Below, in pieces: positions 22,998 to 34,878 of a DNA stretch of 64,000 nt; position 1 is the first letter of the stretch; every line of letters starts with the position of its first letter. A model generated the notes under the pieces. It was not told where the DNA came from and did no database searches. It saw only the letters and a list, made by a program, of their open reading frames with translations. Both the position numbers and the translations under genes were made by a program. This DNA is from Chlorokybus atmophyticus (Eukaryota; Plantae; Mesostigma and Chlorokybus algae). The stretch lies in the NCBI GenBank assembly GCA_009103225.1, contig RHPI01002069.1, positions 1,470,744 through 1,534,743 on the forward strand, in the 5' to 3' direction.

Positions 22998-24470
22998 AGC
23001 AGCCCATGTGGGCAGGTAATTAACAGCTGATACGCATGTATGCATGCATAACGGGGAGGTCTAGGGTAATGTAGTGCGTTACTAGTAGGTTTATATGAGC
23101 AGTGTACAAAAGATGGAGTGCTGATAATGTGTATAGCGCGGTGGTGGTGTATATACAAGCATGCTTGGATGTTTATTAGTGTGCTGCTGTCTGCGTCATG
23201 CATGCCTATAACTGCCTCACGTATATCCTGTACAGAATGACCATAAGTGAGCAAGGATTGCTCGCACTTCAAGTGTTCATGTGTACAAACAATGCGGAAC
23301 GAAACTGCATGGGGACATTCAGGGCCAATTTTACCATGTCAGTGTCGCCCGGAAACCCCTAGCAAGTGGGCATCACCTTTGTTATTGTGGAAGGGGGATA
23401 CGGAGGAGAAGGGGAAGACCTCGACGTGCACAATGATGCAACATGCATATTACGCACAAAGCCAACAGCAGTCATGCACATTTACCATCACCCTTGAGTT
23501 ATATACACGACCACTCGGCTTACGTTTTGACTACTTCTGTGTGTATGCAATAAGGTATATGCAACAAGCACGACACATGCATGGACACGACCCTTCACGG
23601 CAACACCACTCACCTCAAATACAGCCACCGGGCTAAGCACACTCTACAACTACATGCTTCACTACTGCTGATCCTAACGCTAATGTCAGTGCTACTGCCC
23701 AACCCTGTTACTCATGCATGCAAATGTGTACAAAAGTCCAAAGCACTATGGTGGGGGTGGTGGGGGTGGGATCGGGGTGGGTGTCCACAAAGTATGCAAT
23801 GTGATGCATGTGAACATGCACTCATGTACATTCATAGTCAGCATGCAACTGTGTTTTACCACCTGGCTATACAACTCTACTTACTTTTCTTTGCTACTGC
23901 CCAACCCGTTGGGCATGCATGTACAGCAGCTGTCATCACCTGCACATCGCCGTTGGCGTCAGTGCCGACATCACCACCACAGTTGTCAAGACGACCAGCT
24001 GACTCCCCTTGCCGCCTCCCACCTCCACCACCGCCATCTCTTCCGACACCACCACCGTCGCTGTCGACTGTCAATTTGTAGCGGCACGCCATGTGTGTGC
24101 CTCTTCATGTGTGGGTGGCGCAGTGGTGGTGTACAGGAAACGTAGACGCCTACAAACAATGTGAAATGGAAATGCACATGCATAGCGGCATGCACAGTCA
24201 GTAGCATGCAGAGTGAGACAGCACATACCAACCACACTACTTGTCAAGGTATCACCGGGTGCGAGTGTATATAAGGGGTATGGTACGGTGGCAGCATGCA
24301 TGTGGACAGTGCGAATGGCATGCATCAGCACAAGCATACACACGCTTTACACATCAAATTTAACCACCGGGCTAGTTCTATGGCTGCTTGCTACACTATA
24401 CCAATGCTAGCCCGCCCCGTTAGACATACAAGCATGCATTCAGTTAGTACCTGCTCACATGGGCGCTGGT
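22998..24470. repeat. Dispersed repeat family, copy B
   Basis: Bounded by inverted cagcagcccatgtgggcagg (~22998) and cctgctcacatgggcgctg (~24450). Shares internal motifs with 17.7-18.6 kb. Confidence 0.55.
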
Positions 24471-24874
24471 GTGTGGGGTGGGTACAAAGATCGTATGCCA
24501 CATATAGCGCACACACATCATAAAAGGTGGGTGGGGCCGGGGGGGCGGGGGGAGGTGGGGTACATACATGGCACGAGTGGGCAGCACCCAATCAGCCCAT
24601 CAAGTTGTGGCTTGTACACGCCTCGTGCAAGCACTGCGCAAGCTGGAGCACTGCTTGGAGCTCAACAATGCACAGTCCCTGTTGACGTCACATGCAGTAA
24701 ATCAACGTTACACTAGCATTAACATTATCACACACTGACGATGCTTGCACAGGCGATGCGTCCAGCTTGGAGCTTCTCTCACCTATCTTAGAGTTCCTCT
24801 CACCCACAGATTCGCCGTCGTTTCTAAGATGAACTTGGTGTCCAACTCGACCTCCAAACTACACCTGCACAAGT

Positions 24875-27800
24875 TCATGCTTCGCCATCACCTAACAGTG
24901 CAAGCACAGCAGCAGCCCCTTCCCGGCACTCGCTCGCCGCAACAGCAGCCAAACTACTGCTTGATTGTTGTGGACTTGTGTCCATTTGCTGTACAAGCAT
25001 CTCCAAATGTTCCCTCACTGCGCCATCCTGAGTCGCCATTGCATGCAACGCCTGAACAATGTAATGAATGAACCCCCTCATCTCTGCGCAAGGAAGGATG
25101 TCACAGTGACAGCAGCTCACGAGAGTCATCAAACCTTCTGGGCGGCAGCTTGAAGTTGAGGTAGATGGCGCTTGCTTAAGAAGGGCAAAGCGTGTGCGGT
25201 GACATCGTTCAGCACAAGGCGCAACGCCGGAAAGCCAACATCACTGCTCGCAATGGTTGCCACACATGACAACACACCCTCGCGCACCTTCGCCACGGAC
25301 GCAGAGGACCGATCATCCACCTACCAAGCGAACTCATTAACGATATTGTTGCCCTATAAAACGCCAATCTGTATGCATTGAAGCAACTACAAGCATGGCG
25401 TACGTGTTGGTAGCGGTCGTGTCCCCACAGATTGGCACCCGGGCTCTGTGTGCGAAGGGTGAAGGGCCCGTCGGGATCAACGTCAGGGACTATGAGGAGT
25501 GAGGATGGTGCGTTCGTGCGGTCTGCTGCTCCACCGGCTTCCAGAAACGTGCTGCTCGTACGTGCTCTCGCATCACTTGCATAGGCGGGCCCATACACCA
25601 GCAACCGCCGCATCTCTGGCCACGCGTCATCTCGCACCCGGCGTGCCATGAACTGCCCATCGCACAACGCGATACTCACCAACACCTGCAAACCGTCATG
25701 ACCGAGCAAACATTTTGATTCCACCCAATCAGACCTAGGACGAATGCAATGATATCCATGACTTCTGCAACCGTGTACTAATCCTATCACTATACCCTAT
25801 GACGGGCACAGCAGCTGACTGTGCTTTGGACTGTGCATTATCTCACGTCCAAAGTGCGCAAGAGAATAGGTCTGCGGGGGTGGCGGAGCCCAGTGATGAA
25901 GTGAGGCCACACGAGGTGGATGGCGGGAAGGACCGTGCGCTGCTTTGGCGTGGAGGAGGGTAGGGCCGAAGGCGCGCCTATGCGCGTGGCCGAGGGCTGA
26001 ACAGGGGGATCACATGCCAGATCCTCGCCAAGCGCTCGCCTGGCACTGTGAGCAGCAATCGTGCATTAACGCAGGTGATGAGACACAATGAGGGGCATCC
26101 ACATGCCAACATGAATATGCATGCATGTACAACACCCGCAGCATGCTCTTACTCCTCCATGACGCGTTCAGCACTCTTATCAGCGTCTGCTGCCTCTTTC
26201 ACTTTTGCAAGCGCGTGAAGCCCGCTTTCAACAACGTCCAGCGCGGCCATGCGGGTGTGGACGCTGTTTGACCCCAGCAGAGGGGCTGCGGCCTCCACGC
26301 ATGCAAAGGCCACAGACCTGACTGCATCCCGTCGACGGCGCTCAAGCGCCTGACGAACGCCATCCACTCGGCTATGCAGCTGCTCGCGCTCGGCAAATGT
26401 GAGAGGCCGAGCGCGGGGTTGACGTCGGTCGTGCTTGACGTGTGCTCGGCGGAGGAAGTAAGAACGAACACCTTCACTCGTCGTTGGCATGTTCTCGTCT
26501 GTCTCGTCATCACTGTCAATCTCATCATCCGAGTCAATGTCTTCTGCGTCATGGGCCGCAGAAGCAGCTGCTTGTGCAAATGCTTCAAACTCCTCCTTTG
26601 CTCTCTCAGCTGCCCGCAATGCGACACCAACATGCTCCTCACCCTCCACCTTGGCTGAACACGAACACCAGTCAACCATGTGTACGCACATACACATATT
26701 TGCCTGCAAACAGCTTACCAGCCATTGCAAGTTCCTTGAGCACACAGGCGAAGGCGTGCATGTGGGCAGGATGCGTGCGGGCGCGTCCAACTACCGTGAG
26801 GGCGCGCAGCACTGCTGCAAGCGGTTCCTCTAAAAGCGGGAGCAGTCGGGTGCCAGCCCCTGTCCGCCGCAACACCGCCAGAAACAACTACCAAGGCAGG
26901 AAGCTTAGAACAGAGCGGGAATGCAACAACCCGTTTGCAACATTTCGAGACGTACTTGCGGGGTGTGGGGGTGAGCAGGGAGGCTGGCGAGGCCCTTGCA
27001 GAGCCCGTCCACTACATAGTCGGCATTGGCGGCCACAAGCGCACCCGGGTCGCCATACCCAAGCCCAGAGGAAACTGCAGCCAGAGTGACAGCAGCACAC
27101 TCTGAGGTTGACACAGCTGAAGCCCCCAACTTGTCCAGGATCTATACACAAGAATCTGTCGGTAATGGGTCACACAGCGGCTAAAGCCAAATGCTATGCT
27201 ACTTACAGGTAATAGGGTCAGGGACAGCCATCTTGCATCCGTCTTGCCTCGCTCCCCGAGCGCAACAGCGCTCACGCCCAACCCTTCTAGCAACACCTGC
27301 TGCACTTGTGATCGCACTCGGCCAGTAGGACTGTCATCAGCACCAGAAGTATTCTCTGTCCACAGTACAGGGCTAAGGTACTCCTGGGCGACGGCCAGGG
27401 CGTGCGGCATAAGATTCAAAGCAGGTACGGAGTTGATATCGCCACTAAGCTTGCTGCTGGCAACACTGTCTTGAGTCCAAGTCAATGTTAGTGAGGGGTT
27501 CCAGGTTGATGACGCGCCGAATAAGACCTCATTCAACACGGCTGCTGCTGATCCTGCCCTCAACAAGTAATCTACGTTGTTTGTTTTCAGATCCGCATCA
27601 ATGTCGTCTCCGCGAACTATACTACACAGGGAGGACACCAGTGACATCAACGGGGCACCTTCTTGTCCTCTCCCCTCCGCTGCACAACAGTATGGATGTT
27701 AACATACTGGTCAACTGAACTCGGTTCCACAACAAGAGCGTACCTAGAGCGCAGTAACGGCCAGCAAGCCTGCATGCGAGTGCAGCTTGCTGGTACGCTT

Positions 27801-30185
27801 CATCAGTGTTGATGACGCTCATGTTGATAGGCATGCGCGGCAGCTGAATGATGTCTTGCATGGTCGTTGAGGTCCCAGTAACGCGTGCGGGAGCGCGCTC
27901 CACGATGTGCTTGCCAGTTGAGGCTTCCATGGCAAACAAGCGCACAAATGCATTTACAAAGCCTGCGGTAGTGCAGTAACTGGCCTCCTCCGGTCCAGTG
28001 GCCAACATTACGCCCGCTAGCATGCGCAGGTGCACGCCCCCGCCTTCACCCATGCTCAAGCTCTCAACCTCCCTTTGCATGATGCGTCCGAGCACGATGC
28101 GCATGTTGCTGGCTGGCTCTGCTGCGCGCACAGTGGCGAGGAAGGCGGCGGTGGTGTTGGACACTTGTGTGTAGGAATCCAATGACAACACAAGCAAGCA
28201 ATCCTGTTGGGAGCAAGAACAGGTGTTCAGTCCATTGTGTGTTTGCAATTTCTCATAAACAAGCAAGCTGTGCCAACGTACCAGGAACAATTCTGTGCAG
28301 CAGCTGAGGCTATGGTTGCACGCCGTCAACAGATTCATCAGCGCTTGTGCGAGGGCTACTCTCACACTGACAGACGGGTGCCCTGCAAGCTGAAGTAACC
28401 AACGACAAGCACAGGTAATTATCCGGTCCACACGCTTCCTCCAGCAAACCCAACAACAAACTTACAGGTCTGAGCACTTTGCCAAGAAGTTCCCGCACTC
28501 GCTCTGCGGTTTCCTGCACCCAAGCATCATGCCGCACCACTCGCAGGCGGCGGGATGCGTTGGATGACACAGGTACCTCACGCCGTGGGGTTATGTTGCT
28601 TGGTGCTGTGGGTGTATTTGCGCTGGATGCCATCTTGTGCAATGCCGACAGTGCGCTGACAGCCGTGAGCGGCTCATCACCTCTCTCCCCTTGGCTGATT
28701 TTGACATCTGCGAGTGTTGTTGCGAGTATGAAGCTCAATGCGCGCAGGCATGCTGCGGCAGTCTCCCCGCCAGCTGCGCGTGAGGATGATGGTTGGGTTG
28801 CTGACAACAGCAGCTTGGTCAGACCGGAGACTGTGCCAGGCAGGAAAAAGGCCAGGGCGTCAGCATCTGCGATCTGTGTCGACAGTCAGCGTAATAAGCA
28901 CACAAGCTAGATGCAGGCGCGTGTTCAACAATGCTGAAATATGTGCATGTGGAGCTGCGAGCCTGCGCGGCATGGTGCTTGTATTCGAATGCACTTGTGC
29001 ATTGCAATGTACTCACACGCGTCACAACAGCCTGAAGCAGGTTGATGGCGGCAGTGGCCAGGGCGCGGCTGCCAGCATCCCCTGCTTGCACCTCTTGTTG
29101 AGCAATCTGTGACCCAAGCGTCAGGGGTCGCTGATGGTGAACTTGAACAATCAATGCTGCCTGCACACACTCTGCCTACTTGCACGAGCAGAGAGAGCAG
29201 ATGTCCAAGTGCGGGCGCCTGCTTCTCTTGCCTGAGGACATCCACTGCACCTTCACATGCACCACCAACAACGGCTGCCAGACACGCCACCGCCCCCAAC
29301 CTTGCCTCCTCCGACGCTGTCGCCCGATCGCCCATCAGCACAGGCACAAGCCGCAGGATCAAGGTCAGAAACTGCACGAGAGGGAGAAATTTAGTTGGAA
29401 ATGTATGGTTCAAACACAACAAGACTAGCAACGGAATCAGCCTTGCTTGCCTGGTCTTGTGTTTGGCAATGGCAGCGCGACAGGATAGCATTGAGGCAGT
29501 TGAGAAGGGGTTCAAGGGTGGTGTGGCTTGCATGGGACTGCGTGTACTGGGAGAGAAGCAGTAGGAGAGGGAAGAGAGCATACCTGCATGCCGGAGCGAA
29601 GTGAGCAGATGGGTAGCTCGAGACAACTGACTTGCATGGAGGTTGGCAAGCACAAGCAATGACGGATTCAATGACCCATGCATGCATTCACTCTAATGCA
29701 TTGCGGGATGTGTGCATTTAGCTGTTTGAGTATCAATCAACAAACCAGAACATGTTATGCGCACATAAGCGTGTCGCGTGTATACAGACTCCAAGTTATG
29801 CCAATACTACAAGACAATCAATGGAGCCTGGCACAACGGAGAACCTATCAAGCACGAACCAAGCTGGAACAGGTTACGACTAAGCACCCAAATGTAAATC
29901 GCAGCATGCGGCGTCAACTACGTTGGTGCTCATGCATGTTTAAGGAGTCACCGCCGCACAAGCCACAATGATCTGCAGAGAGCCATGCATTCACGCAAGC
30001 CCGGCCTGTAGCACTCACTCCATGCAAGCCTGCAGCCCATTGTCCGTGCAGGCCCTGGAGGCCGTCTCCAAGTCGCGCAGGGCTGTGCGCAGCTGCGCGG
30101 GGTGCACCGCCCCACCCTGCCGTTCTAGCAGGCGCGGGCACACCGCCCGCAGCCTGGCGAACGCCTCCGCCGCCTCGGTGTCCAT
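24875..30185 (-). CDS. TTI1: TELO2-interacting protein 1 homolog (TTT co-chaperone, HEAT repeats), multi-exon
   Basis: Motifs in TTI1 order: AFARLRAVC, SEEARLGAVACL, LGHLLSLL, LRVVRHDAWVQETAERV, HPSVSVRVALA..CLLVLSLD, LPAIHLVWP, FMARRVRDDAWP, LPFLSKRHLPQLQAAA. Confidence 0.85.
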
Positions 30186-30899
30186 AGCGGCGAGGGCGTC
30201 AATCACCTTCCCTACCTGCCTGCCGCCGCAGCAGCAATGTAGCCATCAGCTACGGTGTACGGAGGCAGCAAGCCAGACACGTTCAGCCAGGCGCCAGCAT
30301 GAGAGCTTGCCGACGCCAGCGACGTCCACGCCGCCGACAACGACGGCGTGGGCGCCCGTATTCCTATAACGCTGGCACAATGCTGGATGTAAGGATGTAA
30401 TCAGGACTTCGCTCCTGATCAGTGTCAGTGACCTGCAAGTGGCGGGCTGAAGCCTGCAAGTTGCTGGGTTGGTGTGATGTTTTGGAATGGGATATGTACC
30501 TTACGTTGCTTCAACATCACCACACAAGTTGACATGGTGAAGGGCTTTTGAAGTGGCGGGAGTCCTTGACATGTATGATATTCTTCCGTTAAAAAGATGT
30601 TGATCTTGCAGAAATTCACGAAATAATATGCGCATATTAAATGAATTAAAGATTACGAGATTGGGTGTGGATTTTTAATAATGTAAACCACGCTTGCTCG
30701 TAGAGTACCTGATGGGTTCCTATTCATACTAAATTAATGTCGTCAACACCTTTACCGCAATACACCCGTGACAAAGTAAAAGTTCACGTATCAATATTCG
30801 TTTGCTTACATTTTTGCCAAGACATGTTATTCACAAACGGGTTGGCTCATCTTGATGTAAATACACATGTTTACATATCAAACGACATTACGACTCCTC

Positions 30900-30950
30900 G
30901 TCATGAATGGCTAGTGTACACTAGCCGAATGTACACTAGCCATTCATGAC
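30900..30950. repeat. Perfect 21-bp inverted repeat with an internal 18-bp palindrome
   Basis: Arms at 30900-30920 and 30930-30950. GGCTAGTGTACACTAGCC at 30909-30926 is self-complementary. Confidence 0.9.
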
Positions 30951-31267
30951 AAGGGTTCCTAATGTCATCTTATTTTGGAGTGACATATATTCCTGTACCC
31001 AACAGGCAAGTGCTGAAGCAGGGCTTCAGTAGGGCTTCATCAATGTCAGCACACATGACTACTCTTGCCGCAAGGGCTTCCCTCGGTGTTGCACAGAGCT
31101 GGTTAAGGTTACCGCCTGTTGTGTCCGGGGTACACACGGCCTTAGCACAGCTGGGCTAGCATCAGCTGCTGCTGCTGCTGCTGCTGTCAATCAAGGTAGC
31201 CTGCGGGGGTGGCCTACTGAAGAGCGACCACTGCACGGACGGCCTTCTGCAAGTTCATGGCTGCTCA

Positions 31268-32119
31268 TCACATCTTTCCAGGTGTGAGTACCTCGTTGGT
31301 CTCATGCGTGTCTGCCGGTGCTGTGTATTGACGTGTGAAGGCCAGCCTGCCTCCACTGTCAAGCTGTTGCGCCGTCAGGCTGGGCTCGGCTCCCTCGACA
31401 GCTGTTCGCCCTGGGGCTGGGGCTGGGGCTGGGGCTGTCTGACAGCCCTTCAAGTTGGCAACTTGAAGCTCGCATCATGCTGCAAACAGCGAGCCAGGCA
31501 ACCATCTGCTTGGGTCCAATTGTCAGCAGCAGCAAGTGCTGAGCTCTCACACAGAGTGCTGCCCATCCCGACCGATCTTTTGCGTTGGTGTTCGTTGACT
31601 TCCCAGACCGCCAGTGAACAATCAGGTCGCTGGTTCGCTCACCTTAAGAGCATTGCGCACACAAGCGCAGCTGAGGGATCTGCGCCCGAGCAGGAGAGTT
31701 GCAGACGGAGAGGCTAGCTTGAACCATGACAAGCTCACCGCCCTCGTCCGACACTATGCGAGCAGCAGCGTACACCCGCTATGGCAAGCCTGAGGTGAGA
31801 GAACACAGAGAAACATGCATGCACTTCTTGGCGAAATCGAGGTCCTTGACCTACTGCTTGTAAGCTGCTATCCTGGTCTGGCAAGGCGTAAATGTGTTGT
31901 TAGTAGTTGAACGACAACACTTGTCGCCCAAGCCAGGGTGCAGCTCAGCATATCAAAGCTGGTAGTCGTAAGCTTAATGTGTTGTTCACCTTGTGAGAAG
32001 GTCTGTTCAACAGCAGACAGCTCACGCACTGTATTCGTTTCTGTTCGCAGGAGGTCCTCAAGGTGGTGGCAGGTAAGGATCTGCATGTCATCAACGGTGC
32101 ATTGTGTCAGTGCATGCAT
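31268..32119 (-). CDS. Possible exons of a hypothetical gene
   Basis: Short coding-like segments bounded by splice-like sites. No domain recognised. Confidence 0.2.
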
Positions 32120-32470
32120 GCAACGCCCATAGCTTACTGACTGGTAGTAGCTATCGCCGGCTGCTGCACGCTAACATGTGGTCTGCAGCCGACCTGTGGC
32201 CTGCTTGAAACGGTCCTGTGGCATCTATTGTGTCGGTAGCAAGAGGTGGTTTAGATCAAAACACAAGCAGCTTGGTGGTTAAGTACCTCGAACCGCCATG
32301 CTGTTGATGTTTTGGCTGCTTTGCACCTTTTCATTCTCCGGCATGCAAGTACCACCACTTGCTGGAAGTCGGAGCATGCGCAGGCGTAGTATATTGGCAG
32401 TGTTTGCAGCGCAAGTAGTCACCGGTACGGCCTGCGCGTTTTGTGATTGCTGCACTGACATGAGCTCCGC

Positions 32471-34249
32471 ATGCAAGGCCATCCCCGACCTTACCCAAAG
32501 CGCGGCGAAGTCCTCATTCGTGTATATGCTGCGTCCCTCAACCCGATCGACTACAAGGTCATGATGGGTAAGGTTTGCATGCATGCACTCGCAAGTCGAG
32601 CACAAAGGTGTGACTTTGCACAAATAGCAGATTCAATCACCAAGGATTGTGTATCAACAGGTAATGCTGTGCCGAAGAAGTTCCCAGCCATCCCAGGTTG
32701 CGATGCGAGTGGTACGGTGGAGATGACGGGTACTGCCGCACCGAGGAGCGCCGCCAGCCAGTTCAAGGCAGGTGATGAGGTGTACGTGTGCAACATGTAT
32801 GGAGGCAATGGAGGTGGCGCCATCGCGGAGTTCATGAACGTGAAAGAAAGCATTGTTGCCAAGAAACCCTCCGCGCTCGACCACAATTACGCTTCAGGTA
32901 AGTCACTACAGGTTGGCACAGCCTACTTCACATCATACAGCACACCGATCACATGCACGCATCTGTGCATGCATATGGTACAGCAAGAGATGATGACAAA
33001 GATGTTGACATGTACGCCTGCACACACAAACAATCTGGGACCTTGTAATACAGATTGCATGAATGCAGCATTAGGGGCTTGGTTGATGGTCGATAACTTT
33101 CCGTTCAGCTGTACCGCTGGCTGGCATCACTGGACTACAAGCCCTTCGCGCCGCAAATGTCAGAGCTGGATCCCGTGTCCTTGTCCTGGTAAGGCTTCCC
33201 TTACATCCCCAACAGTGCTGTAACAAGCGCTCAGTGCTTGCTTGTGTGACAGTTGTCTCTGTACCCGTAACAAAAAAGAAATATACATGCCATGTCACTC
33301 TCTTGGCCCAGGGCGGAGCAGGGGGAACTGGTCACCTTGGCATCCAGATTGCCAAGGCCATGGGTGCCACGTACGTGGTGACAACGTCCTCGGACATTGA
33401 GCAGTGTCGCAAGTGGGGAGCGGACAGAGTCATCGACTACAAGCGGGAGGACTGGTATGAAGTGCTGAAGAACGAGCCCAAGTTTGATGCCGTGTACGAC
33501 ACCAGAGGCGGGTATGAAACCTGGATCAAAGCTCGCAAGCTGCTCAAGGTGATTGTGCATCCAAGTTGGTTGCCTGGCCCTAGCCAGTTTGCAGTTGTCA
33601 CATGTAGCGTGTTGCCCAACTGACCAGCATGTCCCGCTGATTGCATCATACATCTCACACTGCGCCTCTATGAGCAGTCCACTGGGCACTTCTCGACCAT
33701 CGTGGGTGACGATGCCACGGGCGAGAGGGCCTTCACACCGTTCAATATCATGAAGAGCAAGGTGTATGAGAAGCTGCGCAACTTGTACGGCATGATTTTC
33801 GGGCCATACTACCACTACATCTTCATCATTTCCAATGCCGAAGATCTCGACATTCTGGGCAAGTGGGCCAACGACGGCAGACTCATGCCCTACCTCGGCG
33901 GCCTCGAGCGCGGACTCGAGACCAAGAGTGTCGTTGCCCTGTTCCAGCAACTGATGTCGCACAAGGCCAAGGGCAAGCTTGCTCTAGAGGTACATAAATT
34001 CTCTTCTGCTTGCCTTCTGGTTTGTCATCGCTATGATCATGGCAACTGCAACCCAACAAACATGTTGTGCAATAGATTCGTGGGGAGGATGTTGGTGCTG
34101 GCCCCGCTGGACCGCGCGAGTCAGAGAGCGCCAAAACTGGCATCACAACGGAAAGGGGCCATGAGAGGGAGGCAGGCAGCAAGAGACAGCCTGAGCAGCA
34201 TGAGACTGGACGCCAAGTGAAGGAAGTGCCTGTACAGGAAGCGCGCTAG
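32471..34249 (+). CDS. MDR-family NAD(P)H:quinone oxidoreductase / enoyl reductase-like protein (5' end uncertain)
   Basis: EVLIRVYAASLNPIDYK, IPGCDASGTV, GDEVY, GGAGGTGHLGIQIAKAMGA, GADRVIDY, KAKGKLALEI. About five GT-AG introns. No catalytic-Zn GHE motif. Confidence 0.9.
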
Positions 34250-34878
34250 ACTTTGCGAGCAAGTGGACACCCTGAGGGTTGCGGGTTTCAACACTGCGGC
34301 GGGTAAATGGTTGCTTGCAATTGGCAGTTGTACATAGACGTGCACAACTAGACGGACACACCATGATCTGGCCTCCAGATCATGCTGTAGTAGCGTAGGG
34401 TTGCAGTAGCGGCGAGTTTGAGGACTTTGAAGGCTGCTTGCAGGTAACACGACGCGCATGGGTGAGGTACCAGCACATCGCAATGTGCTAGTTTGGGGCT
34501 GCATCGCTGTATATTGTGTATTGTTTCAGATATCAGGTGAGCTTCACAAGCCCAACATGACTGGGGATGCCATAGAAGCCATATGCACTTGATGGCTGCC
34601 TTGTTCAAGAGAGTAACATCAATGTCGCTACTCTCGACACCACATCGTGTGTATGATAAGCATCGCTCTAGCACTTCCCACCAGTTGCCATCGGTCATGC
34701 ACATGCAAATGACTGCACAAGATGCAGAACAAGTGCACGTACATACAAGCAATGAGCAGTTACATAGCATGACACGCCCATCATGCACATTAACATGTGT
34801 GAGCGGCAGACTCATATTGCAATTATTGACAAATTATCGTAGTGTTTTGTTTGCTACCATTAGCCGTGTGCGTATAAC

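Noticed and set aside
33231-33962. 243-aa minus-strand ORF and similar antisense ORFs across the window
   Set aside because: They are shadows of GC-rich exons of genes on the opposite strand.
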